NCBI GenBank assembly: GCA_963843975.1
Contig: CAWJMG010000003.1
Span: forward strand, 840,001-872,000
From: an uncultured Actinomycetes bacterium
GTDB taxonomy: Bacteria > Actinomycetota > Actinomycetes > S36-B12 > CAIYMF01
Direction of reading: 5' to 3'
DNA: 32,000 bases
Of this stretch, positions 30,428-32,000 are shown one piece after another. The notes below the pieces were generated by a model. It was not told the origin of the DNA. It did no database searches and worked only from the letters and a program-made list of their open reading frames with translations. The position numbers were made by a program, and so were the translations under genes. How positions within the stretch are numbered: position 1 is the stretch's first letter; each line of letters opens with the position of its first letter.

Positions 30428-32000
<1,573 letters not shown>

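Overview
High-GC (about 70%+) actinobacterial chromosomal core region. I cannot assign a genus from the 16S by eye. Almost every gene is on the minus strand. Reading right to left, the order is argH (edge-truncated), mpg, tyrS, and a complete rrn operon (two tandem promoters, 16S, ITS without tRNA, 23S, 5S, terminator). Next come a very unusual 837-codon tandem-repeat protein, a convergent MBL-fold hydrolase, and a coupled SSB-like/TPR/HAD trio. These are followed by a truncated EAL membrane protein, an SCP2 protein, a phasin-like and an acidic protein, then tlyA-nadK-recN-DUF885. The left part holds an M14 peptidase, pyrG, Nudix, an Lrp/AsnC regulator divergent from ald, a lipoprotein, a secreted protein, xerD, a parA-like gene with a small RHH-like partner, and scpA (edge-truncated). 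As I recall, the backbone order (mpg-tyrS ... HAD-tlyA-ppnK-recN ... pyrG-nudix-xerD ... parA-scpA) matches the conserved mycobacterial/actinobacterial arrangement. I see no CRISPR array, transposase, phage block or defence island. Three things are worth a second look. (1) The Arg/Asp/Gly/Pro/Gln/Ser/Tyr tandem-repeat protein has a TPR-like core and a poly-acidic tail, and starts only about 90 nt downstream of 5S rRNA. (2) There are at least eight single-base insertions (+1 frameshifts) in otherwise well-conserved genes: ald, pyrG x2, recN x2, argH, the repeat gene, and probably the MBL gene. Most look like homopolymer over-calls, so they are more likely consensus errors than biology. (3) There is a half-EAL remnant, plus a ParA/RHH-like pair. 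All coordinates of RNA ends, promoters and frameshift sites come from manual reading and are approximate to a few nt.
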